From assembly GCF_004010195.1 (NCBI RefSeq), contig NC_057754.1, positions 13,020,927 through 13,084,926 on the forward strand: 64,000 nucleotides of DNA, in the 5' to 3' direction. This document shows positions 50,248-62,800 of the stretch, piece by piece. The notes under the pieces are model-generated. The model was not told where the DNA came from, ran no database searches, and saw only the letters and a list, made by a program, of their open reading frames with translations. The position numbers and the translations under genes were made by a program. How positions within the stretch are numbered: the stretch's first letter is position 1; each line of letters opens with the position of its first letter. The DNA comes from Chiloscyllium plagiosum. Its lineage: Eukaryota.

Positions 50248-53200
50248 TACAAACGTAGACTGGGACTGCCAGAGTGTTCAGAGCTTGGATGGGAAGGATT
50301 TGTTAGGCATTGTTCAAGAAAACTGTCCCAGTCAGATTGTCAATGGTCGGACTTCAGGAAGGGGTAAAACCTGACCTCCCCTTGGAAAATAAGGTAGGGA
50401 AATGGACTGAGGTGTTCGTGGGGCAACACTTTGGCAAAGTCACAACAGCGATGTTGAAAATAGCGATGGAAAAAAACATGGCTGGTTCTCAAGTTAATGA
50501 TCAAAACTGGCCTTGCCTGAATCCAGAAGGTATGAGTCAAGAGTATTTCACAATTGATTGTGGAGGCTATTTGCAGGTAAAGGGACGTCAGGCAGATGGG
50601 AAGCTTTCAAAAGAGAGATAAAATGAGAGTTCAGGGCCAGCATATTCCTGTTAGTGTGAAGGATAATGCTGATGCAAGTAAGAAACGCGGGGTGACTGGA
50701 GATATTGAGGTTCTGATCAAGTGAAATGGAGCAAGTGTCACATATAGCCAGCTGGATTAAGGGAATCCATTGAAGAACATTGAGGTTGGAGGAATACACT
50801 TAAATGGGAGATCAGGAGGGACCAAAGGGGACCACAGAAAGCTCTGGCAGATGAAACTGAGGAAAATACAAGTATATTAACAACAGAAGATTAAATGCGG
50901 ATGGAATATAGTTCCTTAATGATCAATGGGGCCAACCAAGTGTGGAACCAGAGGAGATGGCTGAGATCCTAAACGAAAATTTCACGTTTCAACTTACTGT
51001 GAAGAAAGACTGGGAAAGTCAGGGAAATAAACAGTGATGTTTTCAAAAGAGTCCACATTATAGAACAAGAGGTACTGGAGGTTTTAAAATGCATAAAAGG
51101 TCGACAAATCCTTGGGTACTAATCAAGTATATCCCTGAATATTGTGTGAAGAAATTGTGGGGTCCCATAAAGAGATTTGTCAATCACTGACAGCCACGGG
51201 TGATGAGCTGGAAGTTCATGTTCTGCCAGTGTTTAGGTAAGGCTGCGAGGGAAAGCCAGGGACATAAACACCAATTAGCTTGATGTCAGTGATGCATACG
51301 TTGTTGGGAGCGTTACATGCATTTGCAAAGGCAAGGATTGATTAGGTATAGTCAGGACAGCTTTGGAACGCTGCGTAGAATTCTGATCATCCTGATTTAG
51401 GAAGCATTTCCTAAAACTGTGAATGGAGCAAAGATTGACGAAGATATTACTGATACTGGAGTGTGTGACAGAATCGGAGAGGCTGGATAAGCTGGAAGGC
51501 AACATGGGGGGACTGAGTTAGATTTGGCGGATAAGGTTAAGGAGAATGCAAATAAGTTTCTACAGCACACACGTCCAAAAAAGCAACTGGAGGGACATTA
51601 GGGCTCCTCAAGAATCAGTGAGGCCGTCCAATCTCGAACCACAGGAGATGGGCGAGACCCTAAATGAGCGTTTCGTGTCAGAACGTACTTTGAACAAAGA
51701 CTAGGAAACAAAAGGAAAGAAACAGTGATGGCTTGTAAAGAGTCCCGATTATAGAAGAGGTGGTGCTAGAGGTCTTAGAACACAAAGGTAGAGAAAGCCC
51801 TCGGTCCTAAACAAGTGTATCCCAGAACATTGTGACAAAGTAGTAGCAGGGACACGAGCAGAAATATTTATATCACTGTCACGCGCATTTTCATTGGGCG
51901 TGGGTGGCAGATGGGTGACCTTATAAAGGTTTAGAAAACCATGAGGGGTACAGGTAAGTTGATTAGCCAACGTCTTTACCCCAGGATAGTGGAATCCATA
52001 ACTAGATGGGATTGAACTGCAGAAGGAGACGGTGTTAGCAATTCTGGAAAGTGTGAAAATAGGTAAGTCCCCTGGGCTGGATAGGATTTATCCTCGTATT
52101 CTCTGGTAAGCCAGGAAGGAGATTGCCGAGCCTTTGGCTTTGATCTTTATGTCGTCATTGTTTACAGGAATAGTGTCAGAAGGCTGGAGGACAGCAAATG
52201 TTGTCCTCTTGACCAAGAAGGGAAATAGAGACAACCCTGGTAATTTTAGAGCTGTGAACCTTACTTCGATTCTGGGTAAAGTGTTGGAAACGCTTGTAAA
52301 AGCTAACATTTATAATCATCTGGAGATGAATAAGTTGATGAGGGATAGTCAGCACGGTTTTGTGAAGGGTAGGTCATGCCTCACAAACCTTATTGACTTA
52401 TTTGAGAAGGTAACCAAACAGGTGGATGTAGGTAAAGCAGAACTTGGTAGTGCAGATGAGCAGAGAGATCACTGTGTCCATGTACATGGATCGTTGAAAG
52501 TTGCCACCCAGGTTGATAGGGTTGTTAACAAGGCATTCAGCGTGTGAGCTTTTATTGGTAGAGGGATTGAGTTTCTGAATCATGAAATAATGCTGCAGCC
52601 GTCCCAAAGTCTAGCGCGGCCACAATTGGAGTGTTGCTTCTGGTTCAGATCATCGCATTAGAGGAAGGATGTGAAACATTTGGAAAGGGTTCAGAGGAGA
52701 TTTCCTAGGATACTACCTGGTACGGAAGGAAGGTGTTATGAGGAAGGCTGAGGGATTTGAATCTGTTTTTGTTCGAGAGAAGACATTTGAGGCTAATTAA
52801 ATGAGACATATAAGGTAATTAGAGGGTTAGATGGGTTGGACAGTGAAAGCCTTTTCCCTCGGATGGCTATGCCTTGCACGAGGGGAGATAGCTTTAAATT
52901 GAGGTAGATATTAATGTTATTAATATTATTATTAATTAATAGATATAGGACAGATGCCAGAGGTAGGTTCTTTACTCAGAATAGTCGGGGCATGGAATGC
53001 ATGGCCTGCAACAATAGTAGACACGCCAACTTTAAGGGCATTTAAACGGTCATTGGATAGGCATATGATTAAGAATGGAATAGGGAAGGTTGGATGGGCT
53101 TCAGATTGGTTCCACAGGTTGGCACAACATTGAGGGCCGAAGGGCCCGTACCGCACTGCCATGTTCTATGTTCTGTGATTAGAGGGCATAAGTATCAGAT

Positions 53201-53450
53201 GGGAGAGGAAAAACTTAAAAGGATTTGGAGGAGAACATTTTCCACACAGAGGGTGGTGAATGTATGGAATGGGTTTCCAGGGGAAGTGGTAGAGAAAAGT
53301 ACAATAACAACATGTAAAAGACATTTGGGCAGGTACATGGGGAGAAGGTTTGATGGGATATGGATCAAATGCAGGGAAACACGACTCTTTCAGAGACTTG
53401 AATAGCAAGGGCTAGCTGGATCGAAGGAACCGTTTCTGTGCTGCTTAGCT
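50248..53450 (+). mobile_element. stack of co-oriented CR1 ORF2 fragments and 3' tails
   Basis: [51 protein letters not shown]; tails at ~53170 and ~53445. Confidence 0.8.
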
Positions 53451-53828
53451 CTGTCTCCAGTTAATGGAAGAGGAGATGACTGAGATAAGGCATGCCATAG
53501 TCACTGAAGCAAGTTACAGCGATAGGGATGGTAGTCTGGAATTCAGTACATTTCAAATATGTGGAGGGACTATCGGGGAGGAAGGAGGTTACAGGGACAG
53601 GAACTATTATAGGAGTTGCAAATTATTGAAGACACTGGTCAATAAGGCATGCCATAGATACAGTGTTGCAGAGTAGTGAGTCTTAGTACAACAGAACCTA
53701 CAGTAGGGGTGGGGATTGAGCCTGGGGTGTGTCGTAATGTGCTCCCCTCCAGCACTGTGTCTATATCATGTCTTGTTAGCCGATGTTTGGAACCCTCTCA
53801 TTGCTCTGTGCGCTGTGAGTGATCTTAC

Positions 53829-53963
53829 CTCACTGCAGGATTTTTTGAAGGCTCCAGATCTCCCCTCCCTTTGTCTCTCTGGCTGACCAAACATCTTCAA
53901 TGAGGTGATGGACGAGACACTCAGCAGTTGGGAAGTCTACTGAGTCAGGAATTTCCTGAATAC
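53829..53963 (-). pseudogene. exon-like 135-bp segment of unidentified gene
   Basis: strong acceptor TTTCTCTGTCTCCTGTAG| and donor GAG|GTAAGA; every frame contains a stop. Confidence 0.35.
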
Positions 53964-54324
53964 CTACAGGAGACAGAGAAATAGACAGAATGGGAATTCA
54001 TACTGATATAGTGAGAGTCACACATGGAGAATGGCACTAAGTCCCACAGAGATCTGGAAAATCCATCCGTGGCCTGTGCTGTTGCGTCTCTCTGGAGTGG
54101 AGAATTTTGTTGGCTCAAGATCTGGAGTAGCTGCAAGAGCTACAGGCGCTGACAGAGGCAGCAATTAGACCCACACAGTGAGGAATACCACATGGAGAGA
54201 GACTGAGCGATATCACCAGAGTGCTGGAAGATGTCAGGATCGAATAATCGTGTCGGAAGAACAGGTTTTGCTTCATTATGCACTGGTATAACTGGTCAGG
54301 AATGAGCAATCTGTGAGCAGGTGA

Positions 54325-54705
54325 AGTGGTGGCCGAGTGGTTTTATTGTTGGAGCAGGTATCCAAAACCTCAGCTAATGTTCAGTGGAGATAGGTTTGAA
54401 TTTCACTATCAGAAATGGGGGAATTTTAAATCAATCATTTAAAAAAAATACAATTAACAATCCATGCATAAGTATGAGACCCATTGCTGATGTCCAAAAT
54501 AACCTTTGTTCATCAAAAAGACAATTGTCCTTCAGAGAAGGACATCTGCCAGTCTCATGTGGTCTGCACGACATACCAACAGCAAAGTGTTTGCCTCTTA
54601 ATTATCCTCTGAAATGGCTGAGCAAGCTATTCAGCTCAAGGGCAGCTAGGGCTGGGCAAGAAAACCTGGTTAGCCAGAGACACCCACATCCCACGAGTAA
54701 ATGAA
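54325..54705 (+). mobile_element. SINE sharing head and tail with the 39978-42790 LINE (DeuSINE/SacSINE1-like)
   Basis: GGTGGCCGAGTGG A-box, GGTTTGAATTTC B-box-like; CCTCTGAAATGG joined to TCAAGGGCAGCTAGGGCTGGGCAAG..CCCACATCCCA. Confidence 0.7.
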
Positions 54706-54899
54706 AGCAATCCCATTACACTGGGCCTCTTTGAAACCATGATGGGAACGGAGTCCTGGCCAATCATGTTGGTAAGTTTATGGACAGAGCTTTAAGCTTA
54801 CATGGAGGATGCAAGGACAGGCTTCAAGTGAAACGAGCTTTCCAAATCCAAAGAGAAAAGGTGAAGCATCAGAAAAGCATGGGGATGTGGCTGAAGATA

Positions 54900-55870
54900 A
54901 GCAGAAAGGAACAGCAAGGGAGAGAATTTAACTAAAACTGTACATCAGTGAATAGGTTTGTGACAGGAAATTGTAGGAAAGAGTAAATTATGTTTTATTT
55001 TGGAATGGACAAAGTATCTTCAATAAGGTAGATGGATTTGTGACACAGAGAAAAATTGGATTTAGACAACAGGTGGAATAAAATGTGGAACATAAACATT
55101 CAATGGTTCTCAATCTTGCGGAGTCTAAGAATGGGAAAGAAGGGTTGGGTAACGCTGACAGAAATGGGTAACAAAGCCATCACAGAGAAGGCATTTGGCC
55201 TCAGATCATGAAGTAGTGTCAGTCTGAATGTAAATTCTGGCTACTACTTGCCAAGGCCACAAGCAGCAGGTGTTTTAGGCCACCGAACAGCATTTCATTG
55301 CTCATCACTGCATTAAACAGGAACTCAATGGAATTTTTAAACAAGGCATTGTAACAATTTTGGGAAACTTCAATATTCGCATAATCCGGGACAATCACAC
55401 TGTGATATTCGAAGAGGAGTTCGAAGAACGTTTTTTTTCCCCTCAGTGATTCTTTGAATAACACACTGTGCAATTGGCAAGGGATGGAACTATCTCAGAG
55501 CGACTGTTGTCTGATGAAACTGAGCGAATGAGTAATGTCACACTGAGAGATCCTCCGGAAAATTGGAATAAAGTGAAATTTAATTAATTATAAAGTTTTA
55601 ACGAGAATCACAGAATGAACAAGATACAATTTGAAACAAAATAGCCCATTTACATGGGCTTGAGAGGAGAACTCACCAAGGGTTAACAGGATGAACAAAC
55701 TGAAATGTGTGTCTATAAATGAACAGTTGAAAACACTTCAAGAACAACGTAAAACACTCAACAAAAGGACGTTCCATTGAAACAGTCAAAACGTCAGCAA
55801 GAAGCTCCCACCTGTCCCTCACTCAGGACAAAATGTACCATATTAGATTATCAAGCATAGAAGATCACCA
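54900..55870 (+). mobile_element. very old CR1 endonuclease fragment
   Basis: RPPNS..IKQELNGIFKQGIVTILGNFNI. Confidence 0.55.
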
Positions 55871-56753
55871 AAACGTACTAACTATTCTAAAGCGAGAGAG
55901 TGTTTATGCAGTCAGTGTTAGAGAGATTGCGAACTGTCTGCTAGCAGGAGGAGGGCAGTGGGAAGGGGAATCATTGTCAGGGTTTAAGGACACGATAGGA
56001 AGAGGGAGAGGTGAAGGTGCTGGAGGTGGTGAGAGTGTTACAGAGAGTGGTCAGAGCCTGAAAGCTGTTACAAAGCCAGTATGGATTGCTGCAGCTGGAG
56101 GGGTTTGCAGAGGTAGTGAAGGACATACGTATTTTTATTTATTCATTCATGGGATGTGGGTGACACTGCCTGGACCAGCATGTATTGCCCATTGCTAATT
56201 ATCCAGAGGGTAGGTCCAAGTAAGCCATATTGCTGTGGGTCTGGATTGACGTGTAGGCCACACCAGGTTAGAATGCCAGATGTCCTTCTCTGAAGAACGA
56301 AAGTGAACCAGATGAGTTATTCCTACTGATCAAAAATGCTTTTTATAGCGGCCTTCAGCAACGTCCACCACAACATGACATCCCAACTCCTAATCTCAAT
56401 GCTCAAACCAATGAAGGTAACCATTCCAAATACCTGCTTCACCCGCCTGTCTACCTGTCACACCACTTTCAAAGAACTGTGTACCTGCATCCCTGGGTCA
56501 CTGATTGACAACACTCCCCAGGGCCCGAACATTAACTGTACAAGTCCCACCCTGGTTTGTTTTACCAAAATGGAACACTTCACATTTATCTAATTAAACT
56601 CCATCTGCTATTCTTCAGCCCACTATCCCAGCAGTAGTGTTCATCCTGTTTTATCATAGTTAACCTTCTTCGCTGTCCATTATATCACCAATGCCGCCCA
56701 AAAACGTACTTAACAGGAAACTAATATTCTCAGTAAAATCATTTATCCGAATG

Positions 56754-56955
56754 GGAGGAGAAAGTGAGGACTGCAGATGCTGGAGATCAGAGCTGAAAAT
56801 GTGTTGCTGGAAAGCGCAGCAGGTCAGGCAGCATCCAATGAGCAGGATAATCGACGTTTTGGGCATTCCTGAAGAAGGGCTTATGCCCGAAACGTCGATT
56901 CTCCTGCTCCTTGGATGCTGCCGACCTGCTGCGCTTTCCAGCAATACATTTTCAG
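56754..56955. mobile_element. head-to-head Penelope-type repeat pair with 14-bp TSD, inserted in a minus-strand CR1
   Basis: CATTTATCC(G/A)AATG at 56740-56753 and 56956-56969; inverted arms; CTGAAGA-GGGC-TTAT-GCCC-GAAACGTC at 56869-56896. Confidence 0.85.
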
Positions 56956-57134
56956 CATTTATCCAAATGACAAACAACAGTGGACTGACTACATCTGCAG
57001 TCAGAAAAATAAAATGTCGCCCATCATCCTCTATCTCCTACCATGAAGTAAATTCTATATCCAGTTGACTAGCTCCTCGTGGATACTGTATCCTTTTACC
57101 TTGATCGGAACGTATTCCCCAGTTTACCAGACGG

Positions 57135-58240
57135 AACGTAGAACATAGTACAGTACAGCACAAGGCCCTTCGGTCCTCAATGTTATGCCGACCTTTTATC
57201 CTCCTCTAAGATCAAACTAACCTCCATGCATTTCATTTTACTATCATCCATGTGCCTTTCCAAGAGTGTATTAAATGTCCCTAATGTATCTAACTCTACT
57301 GCCACCACTGCAGTACATTCGACGCACCCATCAGTCCGTGGAGAACCAAACTCTAAAATCTCCCCGTAACCTTCTTTCAATCACCTTAATATTATACACC
57401 CTTGTGATAGCCATTTCTGCCATAGGGAGAAAAAAAACTTTCACTGTTCACTTTCTCTGTGCCTCTCATTATCTTTTTCAACTCTACCAAGTCGCCCCTC
57501 ACCTTTCTTCACTCCAATGTGAAAAGCCTTAGCTCCCTCAACCTTTCTTCATAAGAAATGGCCTCCAGTCCAGTTAGCATCCTGGTAAATCTCCTCTTTA
57601 TCCTCTCTAAAGCTTCCACACCCTTCCTGTCATAAGAGTACCAGAACTGAACACAATATCTAATTGTGGTCTAAGCAGAGCTCTAGAGAGCTGCAGCATA
57701 GTCTCACGGCTCTGAAACTTAATCCCTCACATAATGAAAGCCAACACAACGTAGTATTTCTTAACAGCCCTATCAGATTGGGTGGCAACTTTGAGGGATC
57801 TATGGACGTGGAACCAAACTGTTACTCCACACTGTCAAGATTCCTATTTTTAACCCAGTGTATTCTGAATTCAAGTTCCAAAATGAATCACTTCACACTT
57901 TTCCAGATTGAACTCTTCCCAGATTGGCTGCTTCTCAGCCTAGCTCCGCATCATGTCAATGCCCCATTGCAACCAGCAACAAACTCCACACTACCCACCA
58001 CTCCACCAACTTTTGTGTCATTGGAAAACGTACTAACCCACTCTTGCACTTCCACATCCAAGTCATTTATAAAAATCACAAAGAGCATGGTTCCCAGAAC
58101 CGATCCCTGTAGAAACCCACTGGTCACCGAGCTCCATGCTGAATGCTTTCCATCTATCATCACCCTCTGTCTTCTATGGGCCAGGAATTGTGCAGCCAGA
58201 CAGATAAGTTTCCCTGTATCCCATGCCTCCTTTCTTTCTG
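57135..58240 (-). mobile_element. CR1 RT to 3' end
   Basis: [33 protein letters not shown]. Confidence 0.8.
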
Positions 58241-58409
58241 AATGCTTAGAGGTAATGAGGGGCTGTAAGACAGGATGGAGAAGTGCTGTGGGGACTGGAG
58301 AAGGTTACAGTGATATCATGTGATGGCGAGACTGGAGGACAGGTCAGTAAGGGCTGGATGTTACAGACAGAGTGGGCTGTAGGTACTGGACAAGATGACA
58401 GATATAAGG

Positions 58410-59860
58410 ACTTTTGTTGCTTTTTGGAGATAGTGGACACAACACTAAGTTTAAAAGTCATTTTGGCAAGAGAGAAGGATCGTGCAGAAGTGAAGGTACC
58501 AAATTTGGGGACCCCCTAATCATTGGAATGTTACTGTCGCTGTGCATTATCACCATCACGAGACAGGATCTGGCAAACACAGACACGGAAGAACTATTTG
58601 CAGTTGGGTTCATATTCGGAAATAGGAAGCATGTTAAATTGATACAGTGAGAATTCAGGGCCAGTGTGTTCCCTGAAGAGTGAATGACAAAGGCAGTAAC
58701 TCCAGCGAATACTGCTAACACGATATCGTGAGCTGGGTAAAGGAAGTACAGTGTGATGAAAACAGGCGAAGCCCTTCAAAAGTATAGAGAGTGCAAGGCG
58801 TCCTTAAAAATGAGGGTCAAAGAATGGGCATGAAATATCCTTGGCAGATATTGTTAAGGAAAGGCCACAAGGTATTTTATCAATACATTTAGAGCAAGAG
58901 GATTACCAGTTGAAGAGTGGGGCCTATTAGACACCTGAGGAACAATCTGTACATGGCGCCAGAGGAAGTAGGTGAGGTCTTCAATGAATACTTCCCATCT
59001 GTATTCACACAGGAGAAAGTCACTGTAGCGAGGGATTTCAGTTGGGACGGTGAGGTTCTAGAACATGTTAAGATGAATAAGGAGGAGGTATTAAATGTTT
59101 TCACAGGCATAAAGGTGGAGAAATCCCAAGAGCCCAACGAAATATATCCCAGGCTGCTATGGGAGGTAAGGGGCCCTGGTGGATATATTTAATTCTTTTC
59201 TGGCCACAGTGAAGTGCTGAATGACTGGAGGATCGCTAATGTGGGAAATTTCTGAGAACAATTCTGAGGATGAATCAACACTTGAAAAGTCAGGGATCAA
59301 CTCGGCTGAGTCATCACGGATTTGGCAGAGGAAAATACTGTCTGAGAAATTCAGTTGTGTTTTTAAAAAATGGTCTCTCAAAAAGTTGATGAGGGCAGTG
59401 TAGATGATGTGGTTTACATGGAATTCATTAAGGTCTTTGATAGTGTCCCACATGGAAGGCTTGTCCAAAAGGGATTCAAGGTAAGTTGGTAAATTGGATA
59501 CACAATTGGTGGATAAACCTCTTAGTGTTTGATTTCCTTTCACTAGCGGATGTACCACAGGGATCTGTCCAGAAACCATTGTTGATTATTCTGTCGAATA
59601 ATAACTTCGATGTGTAAGCAGAATGAATCATTTAGTAGGTTTGCACAGATGACATGAAAGGTGAGGGTGTTGTCCACAGTGAGGAGGATGGTCTCGAGCT
59701 ACAGTCTGATGACGATCAGATGATAATCTGAGCAGAATTTAGTTCTGATCAATGTGAGGTCAAACCCTGTGGGAGGTATAATAAGCGAAGGACAGACGTA
59801 ATGAATGGTTGGTCCTTGTGGAGTACTGAGGAACACAGGTACCTAAGTGGACCTAGGTGT
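58410..59860 (+). mobile_element. old CR1 ORF2 fragment
   Basis: EVGEVFNEYFPSVFTQE, IYPRLLWE. Confidence 0.75.
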
Positions 59861-59869
59861 CAGCACAGG

Positions 59870-62800
59870 GAGACAGGGTGGGAAATGCACCTGAGCTGGG
59901 AGCAGGAGGTGGGGGTCCCATATCCTGGTGGGGCGAATTGTTAGAGCTGCTTGAGAGGATATAAACTAGTCTGGCAGGGTGTTGGACCTTAAACAGTCGT
60001 AAGACAAGAAAGAATCTTGACGCTGGTGCACAAGTTAAAGAGAGCAAATTCAACAGACAAGGCAGGCAAGCACATAGCAGGAAATGGGGGAAAACTGATG
60101 ATTAAACTACATTGATTTCAATGAAAGAGGCCTGACAGACGAACTCAGGACATGGATTTGAACATGGGACTGGGAGTTTCTAGTTATTACAGAATTACAG
60201 CTGAGAGAGGGGCAGGACTGGCAACATATTGTTTCAAGTTAGAGAGACTGCAGGAAGCATCGAAAGGGAGGCAAGAGAGGACGCGTGTTTGTGGGTTTTG
60301 ATTGCATGTGTCACCACATCAGTACTTAGAGAGAATATTCCTGTGGGATCATCCAGTGAAGTTATGTTAGTGGAACTGAGAAATAAGATTGGGTCATCAC
60401 TCTGACACGATTGTCCTACTGGCCCCAAATAGTCAGTGGCAGACTGAGTAACAAATATGTCGGGAGGTCTCAAACATCAATCATAATAATAGGGCTGTTA
60501 TGGTAGGGGTTTTTAAACTTTCCAAACCTAGACTGGGACTGCCAGTGTTCAGCGTTTGCAAGGGAGGAATTTGGTAATTGCGTACCAGAAACTCACAATC
60601 AATATGTAAATGGCCTGAAAACAGAAATGGGCAAAATCTGACCACCCCTTGGGAAACAAGGTAGGAAAAGGGACTGAGGATTTAGTGGGAAAGCATTTTA
60701 TTAGTTCTAGTAGTTTGAAAATAGCTCTGGAAAAGGACAGGCCTGGTCCACAAGTTCAAGTTATAAAAGGGGCCAGACCAATCTTGATAGTATTGGGCAG
60801 GAACTTTCAAAAGGTGACTGCGGAGTCTATTTGCAGGGAAAGGGAAGTCTAGCAAGTGAGAATATTTCAAAAGTGAGATAAATTGAGCGTTCAGCGCCAG
60901 CTTGTTCCTGTTTGTGTGCAGCTCAATGCTGACAGCATACGGTAATACTGGCTGTCTATTGAGGGTCTGGTCAAGGAAACGGGGCCACATGTAAGGTATA
61001 GCCAGCTGGATCAAGGGAATCCTTGAGGATGACAGTGTCTGTAGGAATACACTTTGGGTGGAAATCAGGAATGCAGAAAGGGGACATGAAATAGCGTCGG
61101 CAGAGAAGGATAAGGATAATCCAAAAGTGATTGTATAAAACATTAAAAGGAATCGAGTATCTCAGGGCAAAATAGGGACCCTTAATGATCAATGAGGCCA
61201 TGGATGTGTGGAACTGCAGGATATTTACTAAGACCCTAAACACATGTTTTCACTCTAGAACTTACTATGGACAAAGACTGGGGAACTCAGGGAACAAGAG
61301 GAATACGTTGCATCACAATTGGAGTTCTCTGCAATTCCTGTCACCCTGCTATAGGAATGATGCTGTGAAACTTGAAAGTGCTCAGAAAAAAATCACAAGA
61401 TGTTTCCAGGGTTGTTGCTGAATAATCTGGGGTTATTTTCCCTGGAGCATCGGAGACTGAGGGGTGACCTGAGAGAGGTTTATATAAAAATGAGGTGTAT
61501 GGATTGGGTAAACATTCAAAGTCTTTTCCCAGAGTTTGGGGAGTCCAAAATTAGAGGGCATAGATTTAAGGTTAGAGGGGAAAGGTTTAGAAGGGATTGA
61601 CGGGACAGCTTTTTCAGGCACATGGTGATGCGTGTGTATGGAATGAGCTGAGAGAGAAAGTAACAGAGATTGATACAATTACAAAATTTAAAAAACATCT
61701 GGATGGGTATATGAATAACAAGGGTTTTGAGGTACATGGGCCAAATGCTGGTAAGTGGGATGGATGTATTTAGATCTTCTGGTCAGCATGGATGAGTTGG
61801 ACCGAAGGCTTTGTTTCCATGCTGTTCATCTCTATGACTTCAAAAGAGTGCATGTTGTAGAAGAGGTGATGTTGGAAGTTTTAAAGCACAAAGGTATGGA
61901 AAGCCCTAGGAACTCATTAAGTGTATCACAAGATATTGTGGGCTGCTTGGCAAGAAATTTTGGAGCCCCCATCAAAGATATTTGTAAAACTGACAGCCAT
62001 GTGTAATGTGCTGGAAGACTGGAGGGTGGAATCGTGGACAGTGAAGGAGGTTTGCTACGATGACAAAGGGACCTTGATAACATGGGTGAATGGGCTGAAA
62101 AACTGTCGATGGAATTCAATCTGAATAAATGCGAGGTAATGCATTTGGGAAAACAAACAAGGGTAGAGCTTATACAATTAATGTTAGGGCCTCGGTTAGT
62201 GATTTAGAGTAGAGGGACCTCCGGGTTCAGTACATAATTCTTGAGGTTGGCATCACTGGATGGATCAGGCAGTGCTTGGCATGCCTGATTATTGCTCAGT
62301 CTGTTGAGTGTAAGATTTGGGACGTCATGTTGAGATTGCACGGATATTGGTGAGGCCTCTTCTGCAATACCCTGTCCAGTTCTGGTCGCCCAGTTATAGG
62401 GAGGATATTATTAAGCTGCAGGGGATTCAGAAGAGATCTACCAGGATGTTGCTGGGTAAGGAAGGCTTGAGTTCTGGACAAAAGCCTATCCAGCCAGAAT
62501 ATTTTTTCACTGGAGCCTGGAGGATGATAGATAATTTGATGGAAGTTTATGAAAAAGATAAGGGATGTAGATAGAGTTAATGGCAGTTGCCTTTTCCCCA
62601 GGATGTGCGAGTCTCAAGTGGAGGGGCCACATTTTTAAGGTGAGAGGAGGGATATGATTAAAAAAACGACATGGGGGCAAATTGTTACACAGAGGGTGGT
62701 TTGAGTGTGAAAAGAACTTCCTGAGGAAGGGGTGGATGTGGGTACAATTACAATGTTTAAAAGACATTTGGTTAAGAACGGGAATAGGGAAGGGTTAGAG

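Noticed and set aside
57664..58323. 219-aa ORF and other short antisense ORFs such as 6177-6554
   Set aside because: Antisense frames of CR1 RT
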